In this document: piece by piece, positions 27,826-38,282 of the stretch
How the letters are laid out: every line of letters begins with the position of its first letter
Position numbering within the stretch: position 1 is the stretch's first letter
Assembly: GCA_031400935.1 (NCBI GenBank)
Contig: JANNQV010000015.1
Span: forward strand, 186,001-231,591
Length of the DNA: 45,591 nucleotides
Direction of reading: 5' to 3'
Origin: Armatimonadota bacterium
GTDB taxonomy: Bacteria > Armatimonadota > Fimbriimonadia > Fimbriimonadales > Fimbriimonadaceae
The notes under the pieces: model-generated
The model's input: only the letters and a program-made list of their open reading frames with translations
Told to the model about the DNA's origin: nothing
Databases searched by the model: none
Program-made: the position numbers and the translations under genes

Positions 27826-29814
27826 ATGGAGTCTAATTGTCTTTCCCTGAAAGATGCGTTGCTGGAGCTTGATCAAATCGCTCCTGGTGCACCGCTATTA
27901 GCTTTAGGGCAGACTGTTTTGTGGGACGAGCCGATGAAAGGCGGGGCAGCGCTCGCCTTGCGAGAAATAGGCTCCAATAGAAAGCTCGTTGCAGGCGTTC
28001 ACGATACGGATTTCTTTGCCAAATTGCCATCTGGTACTCGCGAAAGGAATGCCTTCAAGGCGTTTCCACATAACGACACAACAACTCGCGGACTTTGGAG
28101 CGCGGCTGGGGAGTTTCGAGCGATTTTTGGAAGCGAAACCGTCATTTCCAAGCAAGAATTGACCCAGGCCGGAGCACGGTTAGAGAAGTTGGCGCGTGCT
28201 AGGCCAGGGGTCCTGGATGAAGCTACAGAAGCCTTCGGCTGGCGAGGAATTGTTAGCCTGGATCAAGATGCTCCCCTTGCCGGCGAAGTATCCATATTAG
28301 ATGTCTTCGATCCTCTGCAAAAGACTTTGGACTGGGCGATTGAATCCACAATTGAAGCTGTTGGCGAAAACTCCAGGCCTTCAGCAATCGAAAAGTCCAA
28401 CGAACTTTGGACGACAGTATGCAACTCGTATGCAATCGCTGAACGGGGAACACTAACTGATTTCTATTGCGATTTACTTCCTTCCATTTACAATTTTGTA
28501 GCCGGAGAAGAGGTGCCGCTTGAAGTCACTCGCACAAGCCGGTTGCTCCAATTCAACAACGAAACTTGCAACAAAGATCACTTCAAGTTGCTTGATCTGT
28601 TCTTACAGCCCGAGTCTCGCGAAAGAGCGGTTTCAGCCTACAACTCAGCAGTTGAGGGCACAGAGGTCTACCAACTTGAGCGATTTGGCACCGGAGCAAT
28701 TCCGTTTGACTTGGTGGTTCCTGGACATGGGAGGGGAACAATCCGAATCGGCAAGAGAGGATTAGTGATCGCTGGTGCGAACCCACTTTTTGCTTCGTTT
28801 AAGAAGCCGATAAATTCGGTATCCGATTTAGCAGAAATCATCGAACGTAAATTCGGTCCGAGTTGCGTGATCATTGGCAAGGCGATTACGCTCATCGGCA
28901 TGCTTGCTACAGAGTTCGTTTTTGTCTTCCACGAAGGTGCGAGCGGATATACCAAACAGTCTATGAAGTTTCATGATGGCTTGATTGGAGCCGGATTTGG
29001 CCTCAAATGGAATCCAATATTGCGAATCCGGTACTGCCCCTGGACAGCGTTGGATGCGCTAAAGACTTGGATTCATTTGCCAAAGCCGCTGCAAATGGCG
29101 TTTGGAACCGAGGACGTTTGCGCAGCTAGTTTTTCGTCTCGTTGGGAAATCGTAGCCCAGGAACAAACTGTTTTACTAGCCGAACTTAGTGAATTGAGGC
29201 GCCCAGTTGAACTGATACATTTTCTAGATCAGCATGTTGGCGGAGCTTGGAGTGCATTGGCAAAAGAATACGAAACCATTCACGAGAGAATTTCGGGCGC
29301 ACTCGCGAAATTGCAAGAGGAGCACGGCAAGCGAATGACCCTGTATGGCAAGCTTCGGCTTGCTAAGTCAAATCGAGTTGAATCGGAAATGGCGAAGGGC
29401 GACCACTTTCGAGAAACAATTTTTGAGAAAATGCCAAGCTCCTCTGATCTTGAAATGAGGCACTCACTCACCGAGAAGGTCGTGAAGTCAATCTTGGAAA
29501 TCAATTATCTAAGAATGGAAATTGAAGAAAGCGTGCGACGGCAAAGGGGCATTGCTTCGAGTAAAGAGATTGAATTGGCACATGAGCGCCGCAGATCAAT
29601 CGAGCTGGAAGCTGAGCTAAAGCGAGTTCAACTCATTCGCAATGCAATTATCAGTTCAAAGGGACTTCTTCGAGCGGGATATCGGCCTAGCGCATGGTGG
29701 TTCCCATTGCTTTCGCCAAATGGCGATTGGATAAGACGCACTTGGGAGACATCTCAATGTTATTTTGAGAGCTTAGGACAAAGTCCCAACGAATCCCTTA
29801 CAGGTACCTTTTAG
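27826..29814 (+). CDS. Hypothetical protein (662 aa) with C-terminal coiled-coil
   Basis: Long ORF with globular composition; motifs GQT..WDE, HDTDFF and FHEGASGY. Confidence 0.8.
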   Translation: MESNCLSLKDALLELDQIAPGAPLLALGQTVLWDEPMKGGAALALREIGSNRKLVAGVHDTDFFAKLPSGTRERNAFKAFPHNDTTTRGLWSAAGEFRAIFGSETVISKQELTQAGARLEKLARARPGVLDEATEAFGWRGIVSLDQDAPLAGEVSILDVFDPLQKTLDWAIESTIEAVGENSRPSAIEKSNELWTTVCNSYAIAERGTLTDFYCDLLPSIYNFVAGEEVPLEVTRTSRLLQFNNETCNKDHFKLLDLFLQPESRERAVSAYNSAVEGTEVYQLERFGTGAIPFDLVVPGHGRGTIRIGKRGLVIAGANPLFASFKKPINSVSDLAEIIERKFGPSCVIIGKAITLIGMLATEFVFVFHEGASGYTKQSMKFHDGLIGAGFGLKWNPILRIRYCPWTALDALKTWIHLPKPLQMAFGTEDVCAASFSSRWEIVAQEQTVLLAELSELRRPVELIHFLDQHVGGAWSALAKEYETIHERISGALAKLQEEHGKRMTLYGKLRLAKSNRVESEMAKGDHFRETIFEKMPSSSDLEMRHSLTEKVVKSILEINYLRMEIEESVRRQRGIASSKEIELAHERRRSIELEAELKRVQLIRNAIISSKGLLRAGYRPSAWWFPLLSPNGDWIRRTWETSQCYFESLGQSPNESLTGTF

Positions 29815-29817
29815 CCG

Positions 29818-31269
29818 ATGTCTCCCGCCCTTCGCCAACGAATTGTTGCATGGGGATTTTGTCTGCTGCCATTTTTGTGGTTTTGGATGACAGGTCTCTT
29901 TGACTTGGATGAAGGCTACTACGCCGCTGTTTCCGACCGAATGATTCGAACCGGAGATTGGATCATCCCCAAGTTCGATGGTGTCCCATGGCTTGAAAAG
30001 CCGATCCTCGTGTATTGGATTACAAATCCGATGCTATTGGCGTTTGGCGATGTATTTGGCCCGAGACTTTCTTCCATCTTTTGCAGCCTCGGGACCATCG
30101 CGTTGGTTGGCTGGTTTGTTTCAAAGCTCGTGGGTCGGGAAAGGGGCGAAATCGCCCGCTGGGTTCTGGCTGGAACCGCCTTATTTGTCGTTACTGGAAA
30201 CATGCTCATAACCGACCCAGTTATGTTGCTCACGTCAACCGCAGCCATGTTGCTATTTGTGGGTTCGTTAGTGTGGCAACCTTGGCTACGATGGGTTTCC
30301 GCTGCTTCGCTTGGATTTTCCGTTTTGGCTAAAGGGCCGTATCCGGTCGTTGTCCTTTTGGTTGTTGTTGCTTGGACGTACTTTTCTGAACCAACTTTGA
30401 GAACCACTTTGAGACAAGGCTGGACCCGATACTTTGCAATTGTCCTCTTGGTTTGTAGCCTTTGGTATGTGCCAGTTTATTTCCGCGAACCTGAGACTTT
30501 TGTAGATGAGTTTCTGATTCGACAAAACATCGGTCGGCTGATGGGAGGGGACGTTGCCCACAATGTTCCATGGTGGTCGCATCCAATCTATTACATTGCG
30601 GTCTTGGCAGTAGCAGCAGCACCTTGGCCGTTTATGCTTCGTAAAGTTTGGCCCAAAAAGGCAGAAGTTGACGACGACAATTCTTTGGTTCGAAGATGGC
30701 TTGCAAAGTGGGCCGTCGCTGTTTTTGTTTTGTTTACGATTGGCGGCACGAAACTGCCGCATTACATCCTTCCGACTCTGGTGCCCATTGCGATGTTGCT
30801 CGCAATAGGCTGGCAGGATATTGGCTTACCAAAGCTCTCAAGAATTGCAAAAGGAATGTGCGTCGTTAATTCTCTTTTCATCGTGATTCTAGTGACTTTG
30901 TATTACAAGTCAAGCGGTCAGCTCGAAGTTCATCGAATCGCAATTGCTGCTTATAAGGCTGGTTTTCCAATAGCAACTTTTCAGCTTGATAAGCGAGAAG
31001 GGGGCTCCATAGTTCAGGTGAAAATGCAGGAGACACTGCTCCCATCGCTTGCTCTATATGCTCACCAAGATGTTCCCGATTTTGAGGGATTTGCAAAGTC
31101 CTTGATCCCAAAAAACGATTTTGTCTTGATTACCAGACCTGGAAGATTGCTTCAAAAAAACCTTGATCAACTGGATAAGCTTGGAAGGAGAGCGACGAAA
31201 TGGGATGCTGTTCCGGATTCGGAAAAGTACGAGGCATATCTGATTTCCTCTAAAACCAGAAAAGAATAG
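29818..31269 (+). CDS. ArnT/GT39-GT83 family membrane glycosyltransferase
   Basis: DLDEGYY, GDWIIP, EKPILVYW, LAKGP and KLPHYILP; multiple TM helices. Confidence 0.9.
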   Translation: MSPALRQRIVAWGFCLLPFLWFWMTGLFDLDEGYYAAVSDRMIRTGDWIIPKFDGVPWLEKPILVYWITNPMLLAFGDVFGPRLSSIFCSLGTIALVGWFVSKLVGRERGEIARWVLAGTALFVVTGNMLITDPVMLLTSTAAMLLFVGSLVWQPWLRWVSAASLGFSVLAKGPYPVVVLLVVVAWTYFSEPTLRTTLRQGWTRYFAIVLLVCSLWYVPVYFREPETFVDEFLIRQNIGRLMGGDVAHNVPWWSHPIYYIAVLAVAAAPWPFMLRKVWPKKAEVDDDNSLVRRWLAKWAVAVFVLFTIGGTKLPHYILPTLVPIAMLLAIGWQDIGLPKLSRIAKGMCVVNSLFIVILVTLYYKSSGQLEVHRIAIAAYKAGFPIATFQLDKREGGSIVQVKMQETLLPSLALYAHQDVPDFEGFAKSLIPKNDFVLITRPGRLLQKNLDQLDKLGRRATKWDAVPDSEKYEAYLISSKTRKE

Positions 31270-31273
31270 GCAC

Positions 31274-31876
31274 CTAGAGTTTTCTTGCCACGACATGAAA
31301 TATGTGCCAATACTTTGCTTTGTTTAAAATGGTCTTCCCTTCACGATCCACTTCTTCCCAATACAGTATTTCGAATTCTTGAAGCAGATTTTCAAGCGAA
31401 CGCGCAGAATGGATCGTTCTTTTGCCATCGTTCCATTCATCATTTTTGCCCAAAAACTGGGCCGCTATCAGCCCTTGCGGTTTCAAGGCATTTGAAATTG
31501 AAGTCCAGGCTTTCTTGAATCGCCATTTTGGGACAAAGAACAGGCTGAATCCGGCGACAACGACATCCGAAGTGGGCAGCTCCGTTTTCGAAAAATCATC
31601 TTCGACAACCCTGACAAGAGCATTGTCTGCGAATCTATGACGGAGCCGCGCGATCGCTGCTGGGTTATTGTCAATCGCGATCACTTTGTATCCCCTCTCG
31701 GAAAGCCATTGAGACGCTGTCCCAACTCCAGCGCCTAGGTCAATGGCAGTTCCGGGCGAATTCAAAAACGGCTCCAATTGGGAAAGAATGGCATGAGGAG
31801 GCATTTGTTCCGAAGCACCAAAATAGGCATCGTCTAGCTCTGGCTCGGTTTGTCGGTTGAGAAATTGCTCAGCCAT
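31274..31876 (-). CDS. Class I SAM-dependent methyltransferase (TehB-like)
   Basis: AIDLGAGVG motif I, VIAID, LKPQG and WHIFHVVARK C-terminus. Confidence 0.88.
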   Translation of the reverse strand: MAEQFLNRQTEPELDDAYFGASEQMPPHAILSQLEPFLNSPGTAIDLGAGVGTASQWLSERGYKVIAIDNNPAAIARLRHRFADNALVRVVEDDFSKTELPTSDVVVAGFSLFFVPKWRFKKAWTSISNALKPQGLIAAQFLGKNDEWNDGKRTIHSARSLENLLQEFEILYWEEVDREGKTILNKAKYWHIFHVVARKL

Positions 31877-31891
31877 TCTTTTGAAAAGGTA

Positions 31892-32560
31892 CTACAAGCG
31901 CAGAAACTTCCGCATTGCCGCAAGTTTTTTTGAACCAATGCCCTTCACTTGCAACAATTCGTTGATTGAAGAGAACCCTCCGGTCTGATGGCGATAGTCG
32001 AGAATTTTTTGCGCTGTTGAGGGGCCAACTCCCGGAAGGCGATCAAGTTCAGACTTTGATGCTGTGTTCAGACTAATTGAACCGAGACTTGGCAGCTTGC
32101 TTGAGGGCTTAGTTTTCGGGCTCCGCGCATAAGGGCTCGAAGCAGAACTTATAGCAACATAACTCGAAGCGGGCACTTCTGGCGTTTCAGGTTTTGCTCC
32201 CTTTGCTGGAACGACTAACTGCGTTCCATCAATTAACTTGGCAGCAAGATTGAGTTCGCCCAGGTCCGCATTTGGCTTAGCGCCTCCTGCCAATTGGATT
32301 GCATCTTGCACGCGCGAGTCACTATTCAGAGTCAGAACGCCAGGATTGTTCACTTCACCAACCACATGGATCAATACTCTAGTGCTGTTTTTAACTGGCG
32401 TCGAGTTCGTAGAAGTTTCAATCGCGTTCATCGCTTGAGGAACTGGCTGCTCGATGACTATGGAAGCTGGCTGCTTTAATTGGCGTCCTCCCAAAAAGCA
32501 AAGGAACAACAATCCACCAATCCCTAAAGTCGAGTAGACAGCTCTTTCCTTTGACGACAT
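31892..32560 (-). CDS. comEA: ComEA family DNA-binding protein (SLBB + helix-hairpin-helix)
   Basis: N-terminal TM, HVVGEVNNPG...RVQDAI..AGG and ISLNTAS..EL..LPGVGP..AQKI. Confidence 0.9.
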   Translation of the reverse strand: MSSKERAVYSTLGIGGLLFLCFLGGRQLKQPASIVIEQPVPQAMNAIETSTNSTPVKNSTRVLIHVVGEVNNPGVLTLNSDSRVQDAIQLAGGAKPNADLGELNLAAKLIDGTQLVVPAKGAKPETPEVPASSYVAISSASSPYARSPKTKPSSKLPSLGSISLNTASKSELDRLPGVGPSTAQKILDYRHQTGGFSSINELLQVKGIGSKKLAAMRKFLRL

Positions 32561-32608
32561 GGTCGAAAGCACGATAGTCGTTTCTACGGTCGTCTCCAAC
32601 TATCCTGC

Positions 32609-33526
32609 TTAATCTAACCGTTCCAACAACGCATGACGCCATCCACGAGTACTTACGAAGCATCCGCCTCCCCTTATCGCGAATAAGAACCTCTCAAGAA
32701 TGAGTGCACCTCCAGGAAGCGTTTTGCCTCTTCCGGGTTCGATTCCAATAAGTGATTCGCGTTCTGCGATGTTCATCGAGTTCAGCCAACTAACTGATTT
32801 GCTGATTTCTTCGTATTCGAGCCATGAGCCGTGGACAATTTCAGGGCGCCATTTTGAATACTTTTCACGAATTGAAACAAGGTTGGTTCCAGTCGCGCCA
32901 AGGGTCACCACGGTTCCGCATTTGCCCGGCAAAAAAGAAATTCCAAGAACTTCGTCAATGTATTTGCAGGCCCTCAACTGTTCCGAAGCATGCGGAATCT
33001 CATTTTGAAAATAGTCGGACAACAATCGTAAAGTGCCTACTGGAAAGCTTCGTTTGAAATCAAGGGTCCATTCGCCACTAAGCTGCTTTGTGGCGGTAAC
33101 AAGCTCAGTGCTGTGCCCGCCTGGATCAATGATCGTAACCGGCGATGCGCTTGCAAATTCCGGGTCGTTTGCGACGGCATAAAACCCTAATTCAGCTTCG
33201 TCGTTTGCTGAAAGGACCCGAATTGGCGTGCCTTGAGCTTCCGCAAAATCTAGAATCTCTTGAACATTGGTTGCCATTCTGGCTGCCATCGTCGTAGCCG
33301 CGACGATGGCTGTAGCCTCTAGGTTTTCTGCTTCGTCCCATGCGATTCTCACCGCCTTCAAAGTGCGACTTACAGCGGTTTCGTTGAGCAATTTGGTCAT
33401 GCTCACTCCTTCGCCCAATCCGGTAACTGCAGAAGTTTCGAGAATGGGAACCCAGCGACCCTCGACATGTTCGCAAACAGTTAGCAATACGGAATTGGAA
33501 CCTACATCAATGACCGCTTTTCGCAC
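32609..33526 (-). CDS. Ppx/GppA family phosphatase
   Basis: AVIDVGSNS, R.A.N, EAEL, IDPGGHSTE and GWRHAL; GTG start 7 nt after TACACT. Confidence 0.9.
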   Translation of the reverse strand: MRKAVIDVGSNSVLLTVCEHVEGRWVPILETSAVTGLGEGVSMTKLLNETAVSRTLKAVRIAWDEAENLEATAIVAATTMAARMATNVQEILDFAEAQGTPIRVLSANDEAELGFYAVANDPEFASASPVTIIDPGGHSTELVTATKQLSGEWTLDFKRSFPVGTLRLLSDYFQNEIPHASEQLRACKYIDEVLGISFLPGKCGTVVTLGATGTNLVSIREKYSKWRPEIVHGSWLEYEEISKSVSWLNSMNIAERESLIGIEPGRGKTLPGGALILERFLFAIRGGGCFVSTRGWRHALLERLD

Positions 33527-33570
33527 AGCGCGAAGTGTACTTGAACCCAGAATCTTGCTATGATTCAGTG

Positions 33571-34980
33571 ATGAGGCTGATCGGAATTGATGTGGGGACG
33601 TCTTCCACAAAGGCGATTGCCATTGATGGCAAGGGAAGTATCCTCGCCGATGCTTCCGCCTCCTACCCGATTTATCAGCCTAAGCCCGGTTGGTTTGAGC
33701 AAAATCCTGCTGACTGGTGGTCGGCAGTTCAGCACTGCTTGGCGGAACTAGATGCGAAGTCGAGCGATGCGATCGGAATCACTGGCCAAATGCACGGCTC
33801 AGTCTTTTTGGATTCACGTGGCGAAGTCATTCGTCCAGCAATGCTTTGGAACGATTCGCGAACAGTGGCCGAATGCGATGAGATCGAAACGAAAGTTGGG
33901 TCAAAGCGATATGCGGAGATTACATTCAATCAGCCTGTTCCCGGACTCCAACTTCCCAAAATCTTGTGGTTGAGAAACCATGAGCCAGAATCCTTTGCAA
34001 AAGTTAGCAGAATTTTGCTCCCAAAGGACTATATTGCCTTTCAATTGACAGGTTCAATGGCGGCCGATCCTCACGATGCCTCTGGTACGGGTTGTTTGGA
34101 TTTGGTTTCCAAAGATTGGTCGGCTGAAATTCTGGACAAGCTAAATCTTAATCGAAAAATACTTCCTGAAATTGTTGAGTCAACGCAATCTGTAGGTTCA
34201 TGGCGCGGAGTTCCATTGTTTCTAGCAGGCGGAGATCAAGGCGCAAATGGAGTTGGGACTGGAGTCGTTGATTCTACGTCCGTCGGGCTCGCATTAGGGA
34301 GCAGCGGAGTTACATTTGGAATTTTGGATAAGCCACGATATCATGATTTAGAAACGCTCAATTGCTTCTGCAATGTGCCATGTGGCTATCATGCCATGGC
34401 GGTAACCCAAAACTGCGGAACAGCAATTGTTGCAGCTTCCGAGTTCTATTTTGACGGGATGAGCGCTAGCGATTTGAGTAACCTCGCGATGACAGCCAAT
34501 GAGGACAGCCAAATTCTGTTTGCACCATTGTTCAGTGGCGAACGATGCCCAATTCGGTGCCCAAACCCAACACATGCCCTATCCGGACACCCCGAAGGCG
34601 ACACCTCCGCTGAACTTGCACGCGCCGTTTTTGAGGGGATTACATTTTTGTTAAGCGATGGATTCAATCAATTACTTGAGATTTGTCCAAAACCTTCTCG
34701 AATTTCAATTTCAGGCGGTGGATCGGCAAGCCGATTTTGGGTGCAAATGCTTGCCGATGTCTTTCAATTGCCAATTTCGGTACTCGCCACAACCGATGGC
34801 CCTGCCTTTGGTGCCGCTTTGACGGCGGGAGTAGGGATTGGAACCTGGGATTCGTTTGGCGGAACGGCAAACGTAATTCAAGTAATTTCCACTGTCCAGC
34901 CAATTCCCAATTCGTTAATTCTTGCAAAGTATTCGCGATGGCGCAATTGGATGGATACCGCACCATTTGTTAAGAAATAA
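33571..34980 (+). CDS. xylB: Xylulokinase / FGGY carbohydrate kinase
   Basis: IGIDVGTSSTK, EQNP..WW, TGQMHG, WNDSR, PKDY, GGDQ, SGERCP and GGGS. Confidence 0.85.
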   Translation: MRLIGIDVGTSSTKAIAIDGKGSILADASASYPIYQPKPGWFEQNPADWWSAVQHCLAELDAKSSDAIGITGQMHGSVFLDSRGEVIRPAMLWNDSRTVAECDEIETKVGSKRYAEITFNQPVPGLQLPKILWLRNHEPESFAKVSRILLPKDYIAFQLTGSMAADPHDASGTGCLDLVSKDWSAEILDKLNLNRKILPEIVESTQSVGSWRGVPLFLAGGDQGANGVGTGVVDSTSVGLALGSSGVTFGILDKPRYHDLETLNCFCNVPCGYHAMAVTQNCGTAIVAASEFYFDGMSASDLSNLAMTANEDSQILFAPLFSGERCPIRCPNPTHALSGHPEGDTSAELARAVFEGITFLLSDGFNQLLEICPKPSRISISGGGSASRFWVQMLADVFQLPISVLATTDGPAFGAALTAGVGIGTWDSFGGTANVIQVISTVQPIPNSLILAKYSRWRNWMDTAPFVKK

Positions 34981-35064
34981 ACGTCTTAATTTGCCCGGCT
35001 TTTTTGCGTTCAATTGAATCGGGTATAGTTGACCGACTTACAATTTGTCACGAGTAAATTATCT

Positions 35065-36978
35065 ATGACCATCGACCAAACCCCGATGCCAACTGACGAA
35101 CAGCCAAATCAAACAGAAAGCTTAGAATCAGTAGCATCCACAACTAATGAACCAATGGCAGAAGCCATTGAAAACTCTGAACTTGTTTCCGAAATTGTAG
35201 AAATATCGGAACCTACGAAAGCCGAAACTGCACCTGCAGAAGCTGATTTGCCCGAAATCGCATCTCAAATGGAAGCTGAAGCACCTCCTGTTGAGACCCC
35301 AGAATCAGCCGAGCCAACAGTAGCCGAAACAGCTCCAATGGAAGCTCCTGATCCTGCTCCTGAACCAGAAGTTGAACAACCGACGATTGAAGCTGCCGAG
35401 ATTCAGCCAGTTGCCAGTGTTGAAAAAATTCAAGCTGAAACAGTTCAACCCGAAGTTGTCGAAGAACAAGTTGTTCCAGAGCCTGTGATCACCTTTACGG
35501 CACCTCAAGCTACACCGCCAAACGGAGACGAAGATCTATTCGCGGCAGCAATGAGACAGCTAGAAACCGGCGAAGAAGCCGGCGATTTTCGAAGGCTGAC
35601 AAAGGGCGAAAGAGTTGAAGCTACCGTCATTCAGGTTGATAAAGATCGAGTATTCGTAGATTTAGGTACGAAATCGGAAGGTATTGTTCCGCTTAACGAA
35701 TTGACTGCCGACCTTATCGAGCACGCTAACGAACACGTTCAAGTCGGCGACAAGATTCACGTTATTGTTCTTCGTCCGGAGAATCGAGAAGGCAATGCCA
35801 TCGTTTCGAAGCGAATGGCCGACTTCGATAAAGTTTGGGATCATGTTATTGCCGCATTTGAAGCTGGCGAAATGTTGAAGGCGACTGTAATCGAGCGAGT
35901 CAAGGGCGGACTAGTTGTAGACATCGGCGTTCGTGGATTTGTACCCGCGACTCATGTCGGCATGGGCAAACTTCGTAACATCGAAAAATATGTTGGGCAG
36001 CAGCTTGACCTTAAAATTATTGAATTGGATCGTGACCGAAAGAAAGTGGTTCTCTCAAATCGCGAGGCCGAAGAAATTCGCCGAAAAGACGCCAAAGAGC
36101 AACTCTTTGTGAATGTAAAGCCAGGCGACATTCTTGATGGAACCGTTCGACGACTGACGGACTACGGCGCGTTTGTTGATCTTGGCGGAGTAGACGGATT
36201 GCTTCACATCAGCGAAATGAGCTGGATGCGAATAAGTCATCCGCGCGAAGTTCTAAAAGAGGGCCAAAAAATTAAGGTCATGGTGCTTCGGATTGATGGC
36301 ACTGCTGGCAAAATCAGCCTCGGCCATCGCCAAGTGCTTCCTGATCCTTGGAATTTGATTCGGGAAACATATACTCAGAATCAGCGGATTACCGTGAAAA
36401 TCGGCAGGCTGGTTCAAAGTGGAGCTTTTGTCAAGCTACCGGAAGGCGCAGAAGCATTTTTGCCTCTCAGCGAAATATCTAATCGCCGATTGCGAAAGCC
36501 CGATGAAGCCCTTGAAGAAGGCCAAGATGTTGAAGTTCAAATCATTGACCTCCGGCCTGATGAGCGAAGAATGGTTCTATCTATTCGCGCCATTGGTGGC
36601 GGAACATCCGGTGCTGATTTTCGCGCACCTGGTACTCAAGCTTTCGATGACGATGACATGCGAAAGGGTCCGGGCGGCAAGAAAGGCAAGAAGGGCGCAA
36701 AGGGCGGAAGAGGCCGAGGCCGAGATGACGACGACATGGATGATATTTCCAGCCGTCGAGGATTCACGTCTGCCGGTGCCACGATTGGCGAGCGCTTAGG
36801 GCTGTTGAAGGGATTCAAGATTCAAGACATGGACGAGGACGACGAGGTAGAGGCCGAATCTGCCGAAGCCGTTGTTGATGCTACACAGTCCGCTCCAGAA
36901 GTCGAAGCTCCAGTTTCGACTCCAGTTGTTGAAGAAGCCGCAGACAAGGCGGAAGAAGCCACAACTCCTGAAGAATAA
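35065..36978 (+). CDS. rpsA: 30S ribosomal protein S1 (four S1 domains) with long acidic N- and C-terminal extensions
   Basis: VDLGTKSEG, VKGGLVVD..VRGFVP, TDYGAFVDLGGVDGLLHISE and GAFVKL..GAEAFL. Confidence 0.9.
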   Translation: MTIDQTPMPTDEQPNQTESLESVASTTNEPMAEAIENSELVSEIVEISEPTKAETAPAEADLPEIASQMEAEAPPVETPESAEPTVAETAPMEAPDPAPEPEVEQPTIEAAEIQPVASVEKIQAETVQPEVVEEQVVPEPVITFTAPQATPPNGDEDLFAAAMRQLETGEEAGDFRRLTKGERVEATVIQVDKDRVFVDLGTKSEGIVPLNELTADLIEHANEHVQVGDKIHVIVLRPENREGNAIVSKRMADFDKVWDHVIAAFEAGEMLKATVIERVKGGLVVDIGVRGFVPATHVGMGKLRNIEKYVGQQLDLKIIELDRDRKKVVLSNREAEEIRRKDAKEQLFVNVKPGDILDGTVRRLTDYGAFVDLGGVDGLLHISEMSWMRISHPREVLKEGQKIKVMVLRIDGTAGKISLGHRQVLPDPWNLIRETYTQNQRITVKIGRLVQSGAFVKLPEGAEAFLPLSEISNRRLRKPDEALEEGQDVEVQIIDLRPDERRMVLSIRAIGGGTSGADFRAPGTQAFDDDDMRKGPGGKKGKKGAKGGRGRGRDDDDMDDISSRRGFTSAGATIGERLGLLKGFKIQDMDEDDEVEAESAEAVVDATQSAPEVEAPVSTPVVEEAADKAEEATTPEE

Positions 36979-36996
36979 AATCAGAAGTCAAAAAGG

Positions 36997-37032
36997 AAAA
37001 GCCGCGAATCAGAGTTCTGATTCGCGGCTTTT
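36997..37032. terminator. Bidirectional intrinsic terminator
   Basis: AAAAGCCGCGAATCAGA-GT-TCTGATTCGCGGCTTTT perfect inverted repeat between convergent genes. Confidence 0.9.
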
Positions 37033-37046
37033 CTTTGTTTCGGTGG

Positions 37047-38282
37047 CTAGGCCTTAATTCCGTCCCAATTCTTGAATTTTTGACCGAGAACGGATTCAGA
37101 ATCTCCGCCCATCCAGTTGTCTAGAGTAGCGGCATACACTTCGCGGAAATCGGTTTTCCAGCGAATGTCTCCATCAACCAGGTCATTCAGGTCAGGGTTC
37201 GAGCCATGAAGGCCGCCTTGGACATTTTTGCCAATGATGAGCATTGGCCCGCCTTGTCCATGATCCGTTCCTGCGGATGCGTTTTCATAGCATCTTCGAC
37301 CAAATTCTGAAAAGACCAAAACGAGCACTTTGTCTGCCTTTCCGATCTTCTCCATTTCCTTTTGGAAAGTATTTACGGCATCGCCAAAGCCTTTCAAAAG
37401 GCGTTGGTGCGAATCTGCTTGCCGAGCGTGAGTGTCAAATCCGCCTGCGCTAAAGTAGACAACTCTTGTAGCGGGAGAAGTCGCTATCAACTGCGCAATC
37501 TGCTTAAACCCGTTCCCGAAAGCATCGGTACCATAAGTGCCTGTCGGCGAATACCCTTGAAGCTTCTTGCTCAATTCAGCCATTGCATCAAGTGCCGCTC
37601 TATTGGCATCTTGTACGATTCGTTGATTCGTACCTGCCGGAGCGTCCTTTCCCTGAATCTGGCGAAGCATCCGTTCTGAATCTGGGTCCCCAACCATGTT
37701 CTGGACGTCCACCAGGCTTGCAAAACACGGAATGCTTACTTGCTTTGCGTCAAGTGCGCGAGGCTTTTCAGTCGAGAGCCCAAGTGCTACAACCGGATTC
37801 AACGGGCCATAGGCAAGCTGCTGTTCAAAATGGCGACCGATCCAACCGCCTCGCATTGCAAGTTCGGGGCTGGCAGATTGCCAAATATCCATTGACTTAA
37901 AGTGAGATCGGTTCGGATTTGGGTATCCGACATTTTGAATAACGGCGACTTTGCCTTGATCGTATAGTTCTTTTAGACCCGTGAGGCCAGGGTGTAGCCC
38001 CATATCATTGTTGAGCTTGATGATCTGTGCTTCAGGAACGCCGAGAACCGGTCGCATCTCGTAGTACTTTTTACTGGCATACGGAATAAGCGTGTTTAAG
38101 CCGTCATTGCCACCAGAAAGCTGGCAGACAACGAGCACGGTGTCTTTGAGGGCCTTGCCGCCTTTGGCAGCCTGGAGGACGTCTGCGTGGGCTAGGGTGG
38201 AAAGCCAGCGGGGTGCTGTAAGACCAACAGCGATCATGCCGCCGGTGCGAAAAAGGTCTCGTCGTGTTAATAGGTCACTCAT
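37047..38282 (-). CDS. DUF1501 domain protein with Tat-like signal
   Basis: TRRDLF twin-Arg, LSGGNDGLN, NRSHF, GGFDTH, SEFGRR and GTDHG. Confidence 0.9.
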   Translation of the reverse strand: MSDLLTRRDLFRTGGMIAVGLTAPRWLSTLAHADVLQAAKGGKALKDTVLVVCQLSGGNDGLNTLIPYASKKYYEMRPVLGVPEAQIIKLNNDMGLHPGLTGLKELYDQGKVAVIQNVGYPNPNRSHFKSMDIWQSASPELAMRGGWIGRHFEQQLAYGPLNPVVALGLSTEKPRALDAKQVSIPCFASLVDVQNMVGDPDSERMLRQIQGKDAPAGTNQRIVQDANRAALDAMAELSKKLQGYSPTGTYGTDAFGNGFKQIAQLIATSPATRVVYFSAGGFDTHARQADSHQRLLKGFGDAVNTFQKEMEKIGKADKVLVLVFSEFGRRCYENASAGTDHGQGGPMLIIGKNVQGGLHGSNPDLNDLVDGDIRWKTDFREVYAATLDNWMGGDSESVLGQKFKNWDGIKA

